Shown one piece after another: positions 63,538-64,000 of a DNA stretch of 64,000 nt. Position 1 is the first letter of the stretch. Each line of letters starts with the position of its first letter. A model generated the notes under the pieces. That model did not search any database, was not told the DNA's origin, and saw nothing but the letters and a program-made list of their open reading frames with translations. Source of the DNA: Octopus bimaculoides (taxonomy: Eukaryota). Made by a program: the position numbers and the translations under genes. The stretch lies in assembly GCF_001194135.2 (NCBI RefSeq), contig NC_068989.1, positions 25,663,414-25,727,413 of the forward strand, written 5' to 3'.

Positions 63538-63612
63538 TCAGGTCACTGCCTGGATTCGAACTCGGAATCTGAGGGTTAGTAGCCCGCGCTCTTTACCACT
63601 ACGCCGTATGCC
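63538..63612 (-). mobile_element. tRNA-like short SINE (pseudo-tRNA-Ser, ACT loop) with (AAT)n tail
   Basis: A-box cggcgtagtgg, B-box gttcgaatcc and anticodon arm gcggg-ctactaa-ccctc. The acceptor stem does not pair. An (AAT)n tract at ~63470-63537 follows. Confidence 0.7.
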
Positions 63613-63846
63613 GCTTTTAATGTTGAAATAATTGGTATAAAATGGGAAACCGGCACATCGATTCGCTAAAATATCGGGGGATTTCTACTTGTAAACGGAA
63701 CTCCACCATGGCATTGAGTGACATGTAACTGGATATCAACACAAAGAGTGCTTATCACCGACAACACGAACTACAGAAGAGATTCACCATAATGTTCTTA
63801 AGCTATTTGAGTACTGAACTCATAATAGAAGGGAACATTTTTGGAA

Positions 63847-63915
<69 letters not shown>
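63847..63915. repeat. (ATCT)n microsatellite
   Basis: Direct tetranucleotide repeat. Confidence 0.95.
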
Positions 63916-64000
63916 CTTTTCACGGACGTGCTGTCACATCGGCTGCAGAGGTAAATGTTTATTTGACCTTTTATTGTCCACATTTTGTTGGAATTTTTGT

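Noticed and set aside
63538-63612. Functional tRNA gene
   Set aside because: The acceptor stem is unpaired, the anticodon is atypical and there is a microsatellite tail, so it is treated as a SINE.
1-64000. CRISPR arrays, rRNA genes, operon-like prokaryotic systems
   Set aside because: No regularly spaced repeat-spacer arrays, rRNA motifs or dense intact ORFs. The sequence is eukaryotic repeat-rich DNA.

Overview
AT-rich, repeat-dense animal genomic DNA from a gapped short-read assembly. The SINE families and microsatellite load suggest an octopod cephalopod (inference, not checked by search). No intact protein-coding gene could be recognised. The long X-containing ORFs are artefacts of N gaps flanked by (AT)/(GT)/(ATT) microsatellites. 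The window is mostly decayed transposons: six R4/Dong-like RLE non-LTR fragments, an internally deleted L1/Tx1 element plus a second 3' fragment, a Gypsy LTR/PBS/gag remnant, a Helitron Rep fragment, a Helentron/HINE-like element, a Penelope RT/GIY-YIG fragment, an RTE 3' end, four Tc1/mariner remnants and many tRNA-derived SINEs. The most notable sequence-level observations are (i) a minimal type I hammerhead ribozyme with an intact catalytic core at 32596-32652 (minus), plus two degenerate hammerhead-like motifs, and (ii) a twin-priming-like 5' inversion in an RLE-clade element at 1476-2845. Also notable are (iii) an RT-less L1/Tx1 derivative fused to a Dong-like fragment and (iv) a perfect 54-bp palindrome. 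A few splice-site-bounded candidate exons are listed at low confidence. Element boundaries are approximate. I see no evidence for a wholly new biological system.
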